A stretch of 12,920 nt of DNA from Candidatus Bathyarchaeota archaeon (GCA_963833125.1 CAWHWX010000029.1:1-12920); one strand, 5' to 3'; positions 1 through 7,528 are shown, counted from the first letter of the stretch. Program-made: numbers and translations. Notes: generated from the letters alone by a model not told the origin.

Positions 1-73
1 TCGGAGAGGAAGACCGAGTAAATGAGATTTGCCCGCACCTCTGTTAGGTCAGCACGTCTGCAACCATCGACTC

Positions 74-1177
74 TTACTCTTGTCTGATTCCTTTCAAGTC
101 TTCTTTGTTCAGTTGTATCTCGTCTTCATGATAGGTTTGATCCGTCATCTTTACGACTCGGAGAAACCTGTTAGTCTTTTTCTGTAGGGTTTTCTCGTAG
201 CAGTTGATTCGCCCTTCGAATAGTTCTGCAAGGAGCGCTTGTTCTTTCTCCTCATGCATCTTGGGTTCGAAGACGACTAATGTGGTAAAACCTCGAGCCT
301 TGAGCCGTGAAGTTAATTCTGAAAACCATTTTCTTGTTACTACCGGCCCGTGTCGGATCATGATGTCGGACAGAATGTCGAGTCTACATCTTGCCGTTTT
401 CCGCGCTTCTTCTGGAATCGAGTCCAGAATCCGGGTCAGGTCAAGATTGAGTTCTGTTAGATTCTCAAAGTTCTTCACCAATGCTAAGTTCGAAAAAGCT
501 TCTTTCGCCAAATCTGCTTCAGGGCCGCAGACAACCCCGAAAAATCTCGTTGGAAACTCATTGTTAAGCTCGGCTACTTGGGCGTACTTTCGTGTGATTA
601 GGACGCCTGCCGATGCATGACGCAGCCCGGTCTGAAGGAACGCCTTAGCTAGGGCATCTCTTTCATCAAGCGGCGGAGATTCCAGACTCACTACAGATCC
701 CTCGGGCAGCCCTCCGAATAATGCTGCGTCCAGTTGCTTCAATCCAAAGGGCAGCCTAACTCTGAAGGCGTAGACAGGTAAAGGTGCACCCTTGGAGGCA
801 TGACCGTGAACAATCCGCCATTTTCCCTTCTTCTTGGTTAGGACGAATGTGTATCGGTACGCGGTTTCGATCACTTCTCCATTAGAGCGGACGTATCTCC
901 AGCTACCTCTCTCGGCAACCCAAGCAAAGTCGTCGTGCACTCGCACGTACCTGGCCGTAGGCTGCCGTTTCTTCTCCCGGAACGATTCTTTGAGTTGACT
1001 TTCGATCCAGCCCATCTGGGCTTCCCAGCTCGTGTGAAATTCAATTTCACCGGTACCAATCCAGACGAGTGACTTGTCACGGTCCGTGGCATCTCCAACA
1101 GCGCTCACGTCACTGTTTTCCATTCCGCGATGAAATCGATCAACGACCGCTAATACGGCGTCCTCTTCTTTGGGCAT
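74..1177 (-). CDS. SnoaL/NTF2-like domain fused to a degenerate KaiC-like (RecA-superfamily) ATPase domain
   Basis: First ~130 aa have the NTF2/SnoaL pattern (DFAWVAERG...RYTFVLTKKKGKWRIVHGHAS). Then FGLKQLDAALFGGLPEGSVVSL, Walker A replaced by SPPLDERD, Walker B-like RLDILSD, and C-terminal RFLRVVKM. Confidence 0.8.
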   Translation of the reverse strand: MPKEEDAVLAVVDRFHRGMENSDVSAVGDATDRDKSLVWIGTGEIEFHTSWEAQMGWIESQLKESFREKKRQPTARYVRVHDDFAWVAERGSWRYVRSNGEVIETAYRYTFVLTKKKGKWRIVHGHASKGAPLPVYAFRVRLPFGLKQLDAALFGGLPEGSVVSLESPPLDERDALAKAFLQTGLRHASAGVLITRKYAQVAELNNEFPTRFFGVVCGPEADLAKEAFSNLALVKNFENLTELNLDLTRILDSIPEEARKTARCRLDILSDIMIRHGPVVTRKWFSELTSRLKARGFTTLVVFEPKMHEEKEQALLAELFEGRINCYEKTLQKKTNRFLRVVKMTDQTYHEDEIQLNKEDLKGIRQE

Positions 1178-1405
1178 CTCTCTGACCAGGCACGGCTTAT
1201 GGTACTGTGAACCTACAAGGCTTTCGCAACAACCATAGGACAGATGAGCTCAGATTCTCCGTTAAACCAACGTTCAACGTTAGCTCTGAATCAAACGTCG
1301 TAACGGCGCAACGCCTCATTCTTGTAAGCTACAGCGAATCCTCGTGTAGGGAGGAGAAGTTGCGTTGCAAGAGCTTTTCTTCTCGGGGCTTGATATTATC
1401 CTCCC

Positions 1406-2968
1406 ATGTCTGCCTCGAAGCGCGAACTTCGGACGCAATACTTGCGGCTCATTGCTGCTAGAATTGCAGCTGTAATTCTGATACTTTTATCGACTGTTAT
1501 CTTCGCGGATGGCGTCATAATGGAATTCGGGCAAATTTTCTACGTCGCCATCGATCTGATCTATTTTGTCGTGTTTTCAACGGTAGCCTTGATCATCATC
1601 ACGCGCAAGTCTGACAATTACATGGTACTTGCGGTGTCTGCAGCTTTGGTTTTGTACGGGACCACCGTTACCACGGGGTTCGCTCGAATCTCCTCCGTGC
1701 TTCCAACGGCATGCTCAGGCCCGGGGATTCTCTGTGTCGGGCCACTAGACTACTGGAGTTTGACGATCAACTTTCTACTCTCCGCAAGTACGGTTTCTGT
1801 CCCAATTCTCGCTTACCTATTCCCAGATGGGAATTTCATTCCTCATTGGACACGCTGGGTTGCTGGGCTTTGGGTCGCATGGGGGTTTCTATCATTATTC
1901 ATCCCACATCTCAACCCTTACAATTGGCCGTTCCAATACCTGGCGTTGCTCTATGTCTTCGGGCTTTCTACCGGGATCTACGCCCAGGTCGTGCGGTACC
2001 GTACCGTTTCGACGCAGGAACAGCGACAACAGACTAAATGGGTAGCATTTGGATTCGCGGCAGCAGGTATCTGTTTCAGTATACTCGTTGCCTTAGTCAT
2101 CTCGATAGCGTCTTTCTTTCCGTCTCTGGTTACCTATTCGTTTACCGAAATTTTCTCCGCAGCATTCCTAGTCTCCCAATCAGTAGTCCCAATATGCATA
2201 GGCCTTTCAATTCTTCGACGTCGTTTGTGGGACATTGATGTGATTATCAACCGCACGCTGATTTATACGCTGTTAAGCGGTTGTTTGTTTCTGCTGTTTT
2301 GGGTCGGTGACAAGGTGCTTGAGGAACTCGTCGGATCCGTTCTAGTCGCGCTTACTGAGTTCTCGAGCCTCTCACGGTACTCTTCACAGTTTTCAGGCGT
2401 TGGCTCCGCGTTGATCGTCGGCAAATCTGTTTCTCCGATACACAAACGAAGCGAGGATTTCATCAACCGAATGTTCTACAAAGACAAGATACATCTTCGC
2501 CGCCAACTTTCGGAATTCGCTCACGAAATTCGCAACCTGAAGAACCTCTCTCAAATATTGAACGAAGTAGTTGAAAGAACCTGTGAACTCTTGAAGATCC
2601 GATGTGGCGCAGTATATCTTAGTGACCCGAGTGGACAACTAAAACTGGCCAAGGCGCTGAACCTACCATCGAAACCCACCCATCTTCCAAAGGACAAAAC
2701 CAGCTTAGGCCATCTCATGGATGGAACCCCAGTCTTCAGGTCAGATGATAAAGTTCTTCCTTTGATTCTACCATTGACTTTGCCTTCGTCAGTCAGTGGG
2801 GAATCGGAGAGTTCTCGGTTGGTTGGCCTCTTTGCTCTTGGCCCCAGAGAATCAGGCATGGGCTACTCTAACGAAGATCAATCGATGTTACAGGAACTTG
2901 CTGACGAAGTAGCCCCAGCGATTTACTTCGCCCGCAAGAAGAAACGGAGAATAAAGAAGCTCATCTGA
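1406..2968 (+). CDS. Multi-pass membrane sensor with C-terminal GAF domain and no output domain
   Basis: About 10 hydrophobic segments with motifs typical of bacterial sensor N-termini (YLFPDGNFIPHWTRW, RQQTKWVAFG, LWDIDVIINRTLIY). GAF-like end (LVGLFALGPRESGMGYSNEDQSMLQELADEVAPAI), then a stop ~15 aa later. Confidence 0.75.
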   Translation: MSASKRELRTQYLRLIAARIAAVILILLSTVIFADGVIMEFGQIFYVAIDLIYFVVFSTVALIIITRKSDNYMVLAVSAALVLYGTTVTTGFARISSVLPTACSGPGILCVGPLDYWSLTINFLLSASTVSVPILAYLFPDGNFIPHWTRWVAGLWVAWGFLSLFIPHLNPYNWPFQYLALLYVFGLSTGIYAQVVRYRTVSTQEQRQQTKWVAFGFAAAGICFSILVALVISIASFFPSLVTYSFTEIFSAAFLVSQSVVPICIGLSILRRRLWDIDVIINRTLIYTLLSGCLFLLFWVGDKVLEELVGSVLVALTEFSSLSRYSSQFSGVGSALIVGKSVSPIHKRSEDFINRMFYKDKIHLRRQLSEFAHEIRNLKNLSQILNEVVERTCELLKIRCGAVYLSDPSGQLKLAKALNLPSKPTHLPKDKTSLGHLMDGTPVFRSDDKVLPLILPLTLPSSVSGESESSRLVGLFALGPRESGMGYSNEDQSMLQELADEVAPAIYFARKKKRRIKKLI

Positions 2969-3039
2969 TTCGCAAACTCTAATATTGGTTCTGACGGTGC
3001 GCGCATCGCAAATTGAACCGTCGTTGTTAGTCGTCAGAA

Positions 3040-3069
3040 GTGTGTGTGGGTCTTTTGGTGCGCACACAC
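3040..3069 (+). repeat. Palindromic repeat R1 (9-bp arms, 12-nt spacer), att-like
   Basis: GTGTGTGTG-GGTCTTTTGGTG-CGCACACAC. Matches the reverse complement of 3611-3640 at 29/30, and 3040-3062 matches 4440-4462 at 21/23. Confidence 0.9.
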
Positions 3070-3121
3070 ACACGAAAAATCCATAATCTCCTCTAGATAT
3101 TTGTGGTTCGAGTGGTTAATA

Positions 3122-3556
3122 GTGGGAGCTTCTTTTCAGGTAACGTTTGACTGCTTGGACCCTGACGGGCTGGCGAATTTTTGGGCGCAGGTATTGCATT
3201 ACAATGTGCAAGATCCACCAGCGGGTTTTGGGTCATGGGAGGAGTTTCTGAGAGCGCAGGGGATTCCGGAGAGTGAATGGAACTCTGCCTCTGCAATTGT
3301 TGACCCTGAAGGAAAGGGTTCACGGGTGTACTTCCAGAAGGTGAGTGAGCCGAAGACGGTCAAGAACCGCGTGCACTTAGATCTTAATGTCAGTGGCGGA
3401 AGGGCAGTTCCTGAGGAGGAGCGCAAGAAGAAAATTTACGCTGAAGCCGAACGCTTGATCGGTCTGAAGGCCACGAAGCTGGATGTCGTTCAAGAGCACG
3501 ACGAGTTCTGGATAGTTATGTGCGATCCAGAGGGAAACGAGTTCTGCCTTCAATAG
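3122..3556 (+). CDS. VOC / glyoxalase-bleomycin resistance family protein
   Basis: FQVTFDCLDPDGLANFWAQVL...FQKVSEPKTVKNRVHLDL...DPEGNEFCLQ. GTG at 3122 is the likelier start, because the called start at 3044 lies inside repeat R1. Confidence 0.9.
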   Translation: MGASFQVTFDCLDPDGLANFWAQVLHYNVQDPPAGFGSWEEFLRAQGIPESEWNSASAIVDPEGKGSRVYFQKVSEPKTVKNRVHLDLNVSGGRAVPEEERKKKIYAEAERLIGLKATKLDVVQEHDEFWIVMCDPEGNEFCLQ

Positions 3557-3610
3557 AAACAGGTAGCCGTCAGACACAACAGAAGCAAATCGTGGTCAAT
3601 GTTTCCAAAT

Positions 3611-3640
3611 GTGTGTGCGCACCAAAAGACCCGCACACAC
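3611..3640 (-). repeat. Palindromic repeat R2, inverted relative to R1
   Basis: GTGTGTGCG-CACCAAAAGACC-CGCACACAC with perfect 9-bp arms. The outer flank ACAACGACGGTT (3642-3653) is also the exact reverse complement of 3016-3027. Confidence 0.9.
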
Positions 3641-3706
3641 TACAACGACGGTTTCACCGAAATCCACAACTTGAAGTTCTATGCATCATAGACATGTGTT
3701 TCTGTA

Positions 3707-4418
3707 GTGCCCCGGATTCCCTTAGTTGACGACTTGACTACCGGAACGGTCCCTTCAGGATCCAATATCTTACTGGAGTTTGCAGGTGCGTCACAATGGT
3801 ATAATGCCTGCCTAGCCATAGCGGCAGGATGGCTTAGGCAAGGCGGAAGCGTAAGCTACAACGCCGCACGTTCGTTTCCCAGACGATGTTCGTTCCAAAC
3901 TAAAGCGAGCGAAACTGAATGTCGAATCGCTTGAAGCGGAGGACAAACTCAGAATCTGGGACTGGTACACAGCCACACTCGGGAAGAAATCCACCGAAAA
4001 ATACGCGTACGACTCCCTGAAGGTCGCCGATCTTAGCATCCGATTTGCACGTGAAGACATGGGCGCAGCCACGTACCAAATCACCGGCTGGATTAGAATT
4101 GCTGATAACATTGCTACGCTTGGAAGGTTCAACGATGAGAAGATTTGGACTGAATTTTTCCTAACTAGAGGTTTCCCAAGTGTTTCATTAAGGGGAAGAA
4201 CAACGACGCTTCATGGCATTCTTCGGGGTATTCATAGTAATTGGGTGTATGAGCAACTCGAAGCCGCGGCAGACGGCGTTATCGACTTGAAAGTTGAAGA
4301 AGTTGACGAGGAAGTCAGCAACCTAATCCGAGTCAGAAACATGCGGGATGTTGAATTCGACTCACGATGGCATCGACTCAGGATCGACGAGAACCTGAAC
4401 ATTACCCTGCAGAAGTAG
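3707..4418 (+). pseudogene. Stand-alone degenerate KaiC-like/RAD55-type ATPase, +1 frameshift near 3875 (or sequencing error)
   Basis: MPRIPLVDDLTTGTVPSGSNILLEF...YNAARSF continues in the +1 frame as PDDVRSKLKRAKLNVESLEAEDKLRIWDWYTATLG..., in frame with ORF 4059-4418 (EAAADGVIDLKVEE...LIRVRNMR). Confidence 0.8.
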
Positions 4419-4439
4419 CCAACGGTCGCCCTTGGTTTT

Positions 4440-4462
4440 GTGTGTGTGGGTCTGGTGGTGCG
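4440..4462 (+). repeat. Half-site repeat R3 overlapping the tRNA 3' end
   Basis: GTGTGTGTGGGTCTGGTGGTGCG: left arm and spacer of R1. The right arm is replaced by the tRNA acceptor stem. Confidence 0.8.
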
Positions 4463-4616
4463 GCCGCCGGGATTTGAACCCGGGCGTCTTCTCGCCCGTT
4501 TTCTGTGCCGGGCGATCAGAAGCGTGGCAGGCTTGCGCCAGCAGATATTCTCTGCTGTTCCCGTCCTAGACCAGGGTATCCAGGCCTTTACGATTGGCCT
4601 TCTAGACTACGGCCGC
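4456..4616 (-). tRNA. tRNA-Gly(GCC) with three introns (4576-4601, 4533-4558, 4486-4516) and encoded CCA
   Basis: Removing the introns gives GCGGCCG UA GUCU AGCCUGGUCUA GGAC G GGAGC CUGCCAC GCUUC UGGC CCGGG UUCAAAU CCCGG CGGCCGC A CCA, a complete cloverleaf. Anticodon at 4526-4528. Each intron is a hairpin inside a bulge-helix-bulge-like motif. Confidence 0.93.
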
Positions 4617-4645
4617 AACCATAAAACAAGAGCGTTGCAACGCCG

Positions 4646-4652
4646 TATAAAA
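4646..4652 (-). promoter_or_regulatory. TATA box of tRNA-Gly
   Basis: TTTTATA on the minus strand, 30-36 nt upstream of the mature 5' end. Confidence 0.55.
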
Positions 4653-4735
4653 CCATAAGCCTATCGGATAAGAAAGGCGGGGTGGCGCTCCATGGTGGGC
4701 ACAAATACAACCACGACAGTTTTCGACGTGAGACG

Positions 4736-5842
4736 TTAGATGTTTTCCGGGTTCAAAGCTTTACGTTTGATTAATCCGTAGGCGATCATCATGAAGATGG
4801 CGAGCATTGCTAATCCAAGAGGATACTCAGGAATCGGAGGAGCGGTAGTAGTTGTGGTCGTAATTGCGGGGTCGCCGAACTTCTGAATCCGGTTATTGTT
4901 CTTGTCGACTACGTACACAGAACCCCCCACGGCTACCCCAAGTGGACCATTGAATTGGCCGTCGCCAGAACCAGACGAACCCCACTTCAATAGGAACCCG
5001 CCTTGGCTGGTGAATTTCTGAACGCGAGCGTTGCCAAAATCGGAAACGTAGACGTTCCCCGAAGAATCAACAGCAATACCACTGGGTCTGTTGAATTCCC
5101 CGTCACCACTGCCGGTCGATCCCCACCCCTTCACGATCCCAAACCCATCAATTGCGCCGGTACGCGTAAACTTGCTTACGCGGTCATTGTTTGTGTCGGC
5201 TACGTAGACGAAGCCCGCGCTGGAATCGATGGTGATGCCTAGTGGGTTGTTGAAGGCACCGTCCCCGCTACCAGTGAACCCCCAACAACCTATGAAAGTG
5301 CCGGTGCTTGTGAAGTATAGGATACGATTGTTGAAAGTATCCGCAACGTAAACGTTCCCTGTACTCGCGTCTACGGCCAGAGCTGCAGGGTCATTGAAGC
5401 CTGGATTGCCGGTGGAACAGCCGTTAGAAGATTCAAAATGACCCCACTTGGTAATGAAAACGCCGGAACTCGTGAACTTCTGTATACGTTGATTGACTTG
5501 GTCGGCGACGTAGACGTTGCCCGAAGTCGGATCTACGGCAACGCCTTCTGGACTGTTGAACTGGCCGTCGCTGGAGCCAGAGGAACCCCACTTCGTAACG
5601 AAGAGCCCGGTGCTAGTGAATTCTTGGATGCGGTTATTGCTAGTGTCGGCTACGTAGACGTTTCCCGAGGAATCAACGGCGACGCCCCAGGGAAAGAGGA
5701 ATTCGCCATCACCAGACCCGCTTGAGCCCCATTTGAGTTCGAATACACAGACGTTGCATCCCTCAAATGCGTGAACAATTGTAGCCGAGGTGCTCATTAA
5801 TGTCACAAGGAGGAGTCCTACCGGAATCATCTTTTTCAGCAT
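4736..5842 (-). CDS. Secreted NHL-repeat (six-bladed beta-propeller) surface protein with PEF-CTERM-like anchor
   Basis: Signal peptide ending VHA, six F-x-x-P-x-G-[VI]-A-V-D...VYVAD..N.RIQ repeats, poly-Thr linker, then IPEYP, a TM helix and KRK. Confidence 0.92.
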   Translation of the reverse strand: MLKKMIPVGLLLVTLMSTSATIVHAFEGCNVCVFELKWGSSGSGDGEFLFPWGVAVDSSGNVYVADTSNNRIQEFTSTGLFVTKWGSSGSSDGQFNSPEGVAVDPTSGNVYVADQVNQRIQKFTSSGVFITKWGHFESSNGCSTGNPGFNDPAALAVDASTGNVYVADTFNNRILYFTSTGTFIGCWGFTGSGDGAFNNPLGITIDSSAGFVYVADTNNDRVSKFTRTGAIDGFGIVKGWGSTGSGDGEFNRPSGIAVDSSGNVYVSDFGNARVQKFTSQGGFLLKWGSSGSGDGQFNGPLGVAVGGSVYVVDKNNNRIQKFGDPAITTTTTTAPPIPEYPLGLAMLAIFMMIAYGLIKRKALNPENI

Positions 5843-5973
5843 TCAATGCGCAGCTCGGGTTTCGGCCCAAATAATCTGCGGTGAACCCAAGCATATATTG
5901 TCTTCTTGTCCAAGAAACCGCGCCAATATGCTTGCCAAAGCTTTCGGGATCAGAGGCTGTTGAAGTAAGAAAG

Positions 5974-5991
5974 CTCGATCTAAGGATCGAG
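5974..5991. terminator. Perfect 7-bp hairpin with T-rich flanks on both strands
   Basis: CTCGATC-TAAG-GATCGAG, followed by GTTGTTTTT on the plus strand and CTTTCTT on the minus strand. Confidence 0.3.
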
Positions 5992-6256
5992 GTTGTTTTT
6001 CTGGTATTGAAGGTTAGACCGCTGGCGGTTGGCGTACCAATGCTACCACCATTCCCTCCTGCGAAGACGATTATGACATCGTTAGGGTTTGAGGTTGTCA
6101 GCGTCGCCGAGCAGGAAGCTGGCTCGAGGCATCTTCGCTTGAGGCTACACCGTCTAGGGTAAGGGTTGGCGGCGCATGAACAGGCAACGGCTCCAAAACC
6201 AAGAAAAACGTAACCAAGACTACTAGTAATCCAAATCCAGCCGTTACACGTCTCAT
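5985..6256 (-). pseudogene. Frameshifted, apparently truncated secreted protein
   Basis: GAGGAG then ATG at 6256: MRRVTAGFGLLVVLVTFFLVLEPLPVHA-PPTLTLDGVASS (signal peptide). The frame shifts near 6130 into SCSATLTTSNPNDVIIVFAGGNGGSIGTPTASGLTFNTRK. The 3' boundary is approximate. Confidence 0.6.
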
Positions 6257-6297
6257 GAACACTCCTCTCACCTTCTAGACTACCATTAGGCTTCAGG

Positions 6298-6349
6298 TAA
6301 ACCGGGTTGTCCAAACCGAGTTATGATCGGTCTTCTAGACTACGGCCGC
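6298..6349 (-). pseudogene. Isolated 5' fragment of a tRNA-Gly-like gene (positions 1-21) with its own 15/16 intron (6307-6334)
   Basis: GCGGCCGTAGTCTAG [AAGACCGATCATAACTCGGTTTGGACAA] CCCGGTTTA. 6332-6353 is identical to 4599-4620 (22 bp). No anticodon or T arm follows. Confidence 0.85.
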
Positions 6350-6375
6350 AACCGAAGCAATCGTAGGCTATAGGA

Positions 6376-6390
6376 ACATAAAGTGCTTTC
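6376..6390 (-). promoter_or_regulatory. BRE/TATA-like promoter upstream of the tRNA fragment
   Basis: GAAAGCACTTTATGT on the minus strand. TTTATG lies 28-33 nt upstream of position 1. Confidence 0.4.
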
Positions 6391-6442
6391 TGGATATCCT
6401 GCATCCCGAGGCTCGAAAATTCTGTGAACTTGTCGTAGGTTG

Positions 6443-7528
6443 TTATCGTTGTTTTAGACTCGCTACTTGTGTTGTGGCTGTTGCGGTCTGTTCTTCGATA
6501 AAGAAGCGCTTCCTTGCCCAAAGCGCCACGTTGACTAAGCCTATGAGTACGGGGACTTCGAAGAGGGGTCCAATGACTGCGGCGAATGCTTCCCCAGAAT
6601 TGATGCCGAAAACGCCGACTGCGACCGCTATGGCGAGTTCAAAGTTGTTACTGGCTGCCGTGAAGGATAACGTGGCTGTTTCTGGGTAATTGAATTTCCA
6701 TGCCTTAGATATGATGAAGGATAGCGTGAACATGATGAGAAAATAGCTTACGAGGGGTATTGCGATTCTAACAACATCCCACGGTAACGCCAGGATGTAT
6801 CCTCCTTTCAGAGAGAACATTACCACGATTGTGAATAGCAACCCGATCAATGCTGTTGGGCTCAATTTTTCAACGAATGTTCCATCGTACCAATCCTTTC
6901 CCTTCTTCTGTACTAGCACAAATCTAGTCACAATTCCCGCGATGAACGGTATGCCGAGATAGATGAAGACGGTTCGGGCAATGTCCCAAACGGAAATGGC
7001 CACGGTTACCCCGGAGCCATGTGCCACCCAGGAGGACAGGAGTGTTATGAAGAACCACGCGTAAACGGAATAAAGTGCGACTTGGAAGATTGAGTTTAGA
7101 GCGACTAGAACGGCGGCGTACTCGTTGTCGCCTTCTGCGAGCATATTCCATACTAAGACCATGGCGATACACCTGGCCAGCCCTACGATGATTATTCCAA
7201 TCCGATATTCGGGCATGTCGGGTAGGAACAGCCATGCCAGACCGAACATCAGGAAAGGGCCAACCAACCAGTTCTGGAACAAGGAGACCCCGAACATCTT
7301 CCAAGCCTTTCCCACCTTCGAGAGTTCATCGTACTTCACACGAGCTAAAGGCGGGTACATCATCCAAAGCAGGCCGACTGCGATTGGAAGCGAAATTGTG
7401 CCTACACTCAACGTCTCGAGAAGCTTCGGGAGCTGTGGAAAAACACTACCTGCGCCCACCCCGATAGCCATCGCTAGAAAAATCCACAAGGTAAGGAATC
7501 TATCTAAAACCGAAAGCCGCTGCGTCAT
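6443..7528 (-). CDS. acr3: ACR3-family arsenite efflux transporter
   Basis: [38 protein letters not shown] and GPLFEVPVL signatures. Confidence 0.97.
   Translation of the reverse strand: MTQRLSVLDRFLTLWIFLAMAIGVGAGSVFPQLPKLLETLSVGTISLPIAVGLLWMMYPPLARVKYDELSKVGKAWKMFGVSLFQNWLVGPFLMFGLAWLFLPDMPEYRIGIIIVGLARCIAMVLVWNMLAEGDNEYAAVLVALNSIFQVALYSVYAWFFITLLSSWVAHGSGVTVAISVWDIARTVFIYLGIPFIAGIVTRFVLVQKKGKDWYDGTFVEKLSPTALIGLLFTIVVMFSLKGGYILALPWDVVRIAIPLVSYFLIMFTLSFIISKAWKFNYPETATLSFTAASNNFELAIAVAVGVFGINSGEAFAAVIGPLFEVPVLIGLVNVALWARKRFFIEEQTATATTQVASLKQR

Noticed and set aside
4453-4458. CCACCA at the tRNA 3' end as a degradation tag
   Set aside because: That tag is added post-transcriptionally. Here the second CCA is genomic trailer within R3, and the acceptor stem is perfect.
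3040-4462. R1/R2/R3 as a CRISPR array or simple GT microsatellites
   Set aside because: Spacing is 570-830 bp with mixed orientation and no cas genes. The non-repetitive spacer is conserved too, so these are not just microsatellites.
4440-4658. 72-aa ORF on the plus strand
   Set aside because: It is the antisense of the tRNA gene.
4699-4722. GCACAAATACAACCACGACAGTTT, resembling the outer tail of R2 (3633-3654)
   Set aside because: Needs gaps and mismatches and lacks the spacer; too weak without a statistical test.
4880-5740. Recurrent DNA motifs such as ACGTAGACGTT and CCCCACTT
   Set aside because: Explained by the NHL protein repeats.
6260-6297. A further intron that would let the tRNA fragment continue into a full tRNA
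   Set aside because: No BHB register I tried restores GGAC, and no anticodon arm or TTC-containing T arm follows.
5763-6314. 183-aa ORF as a real gene
   Set aside because: It starts inside the tRNA fragment and overlaps the NHL start. Only its middle part belongs to the frameshifted secreted protein.
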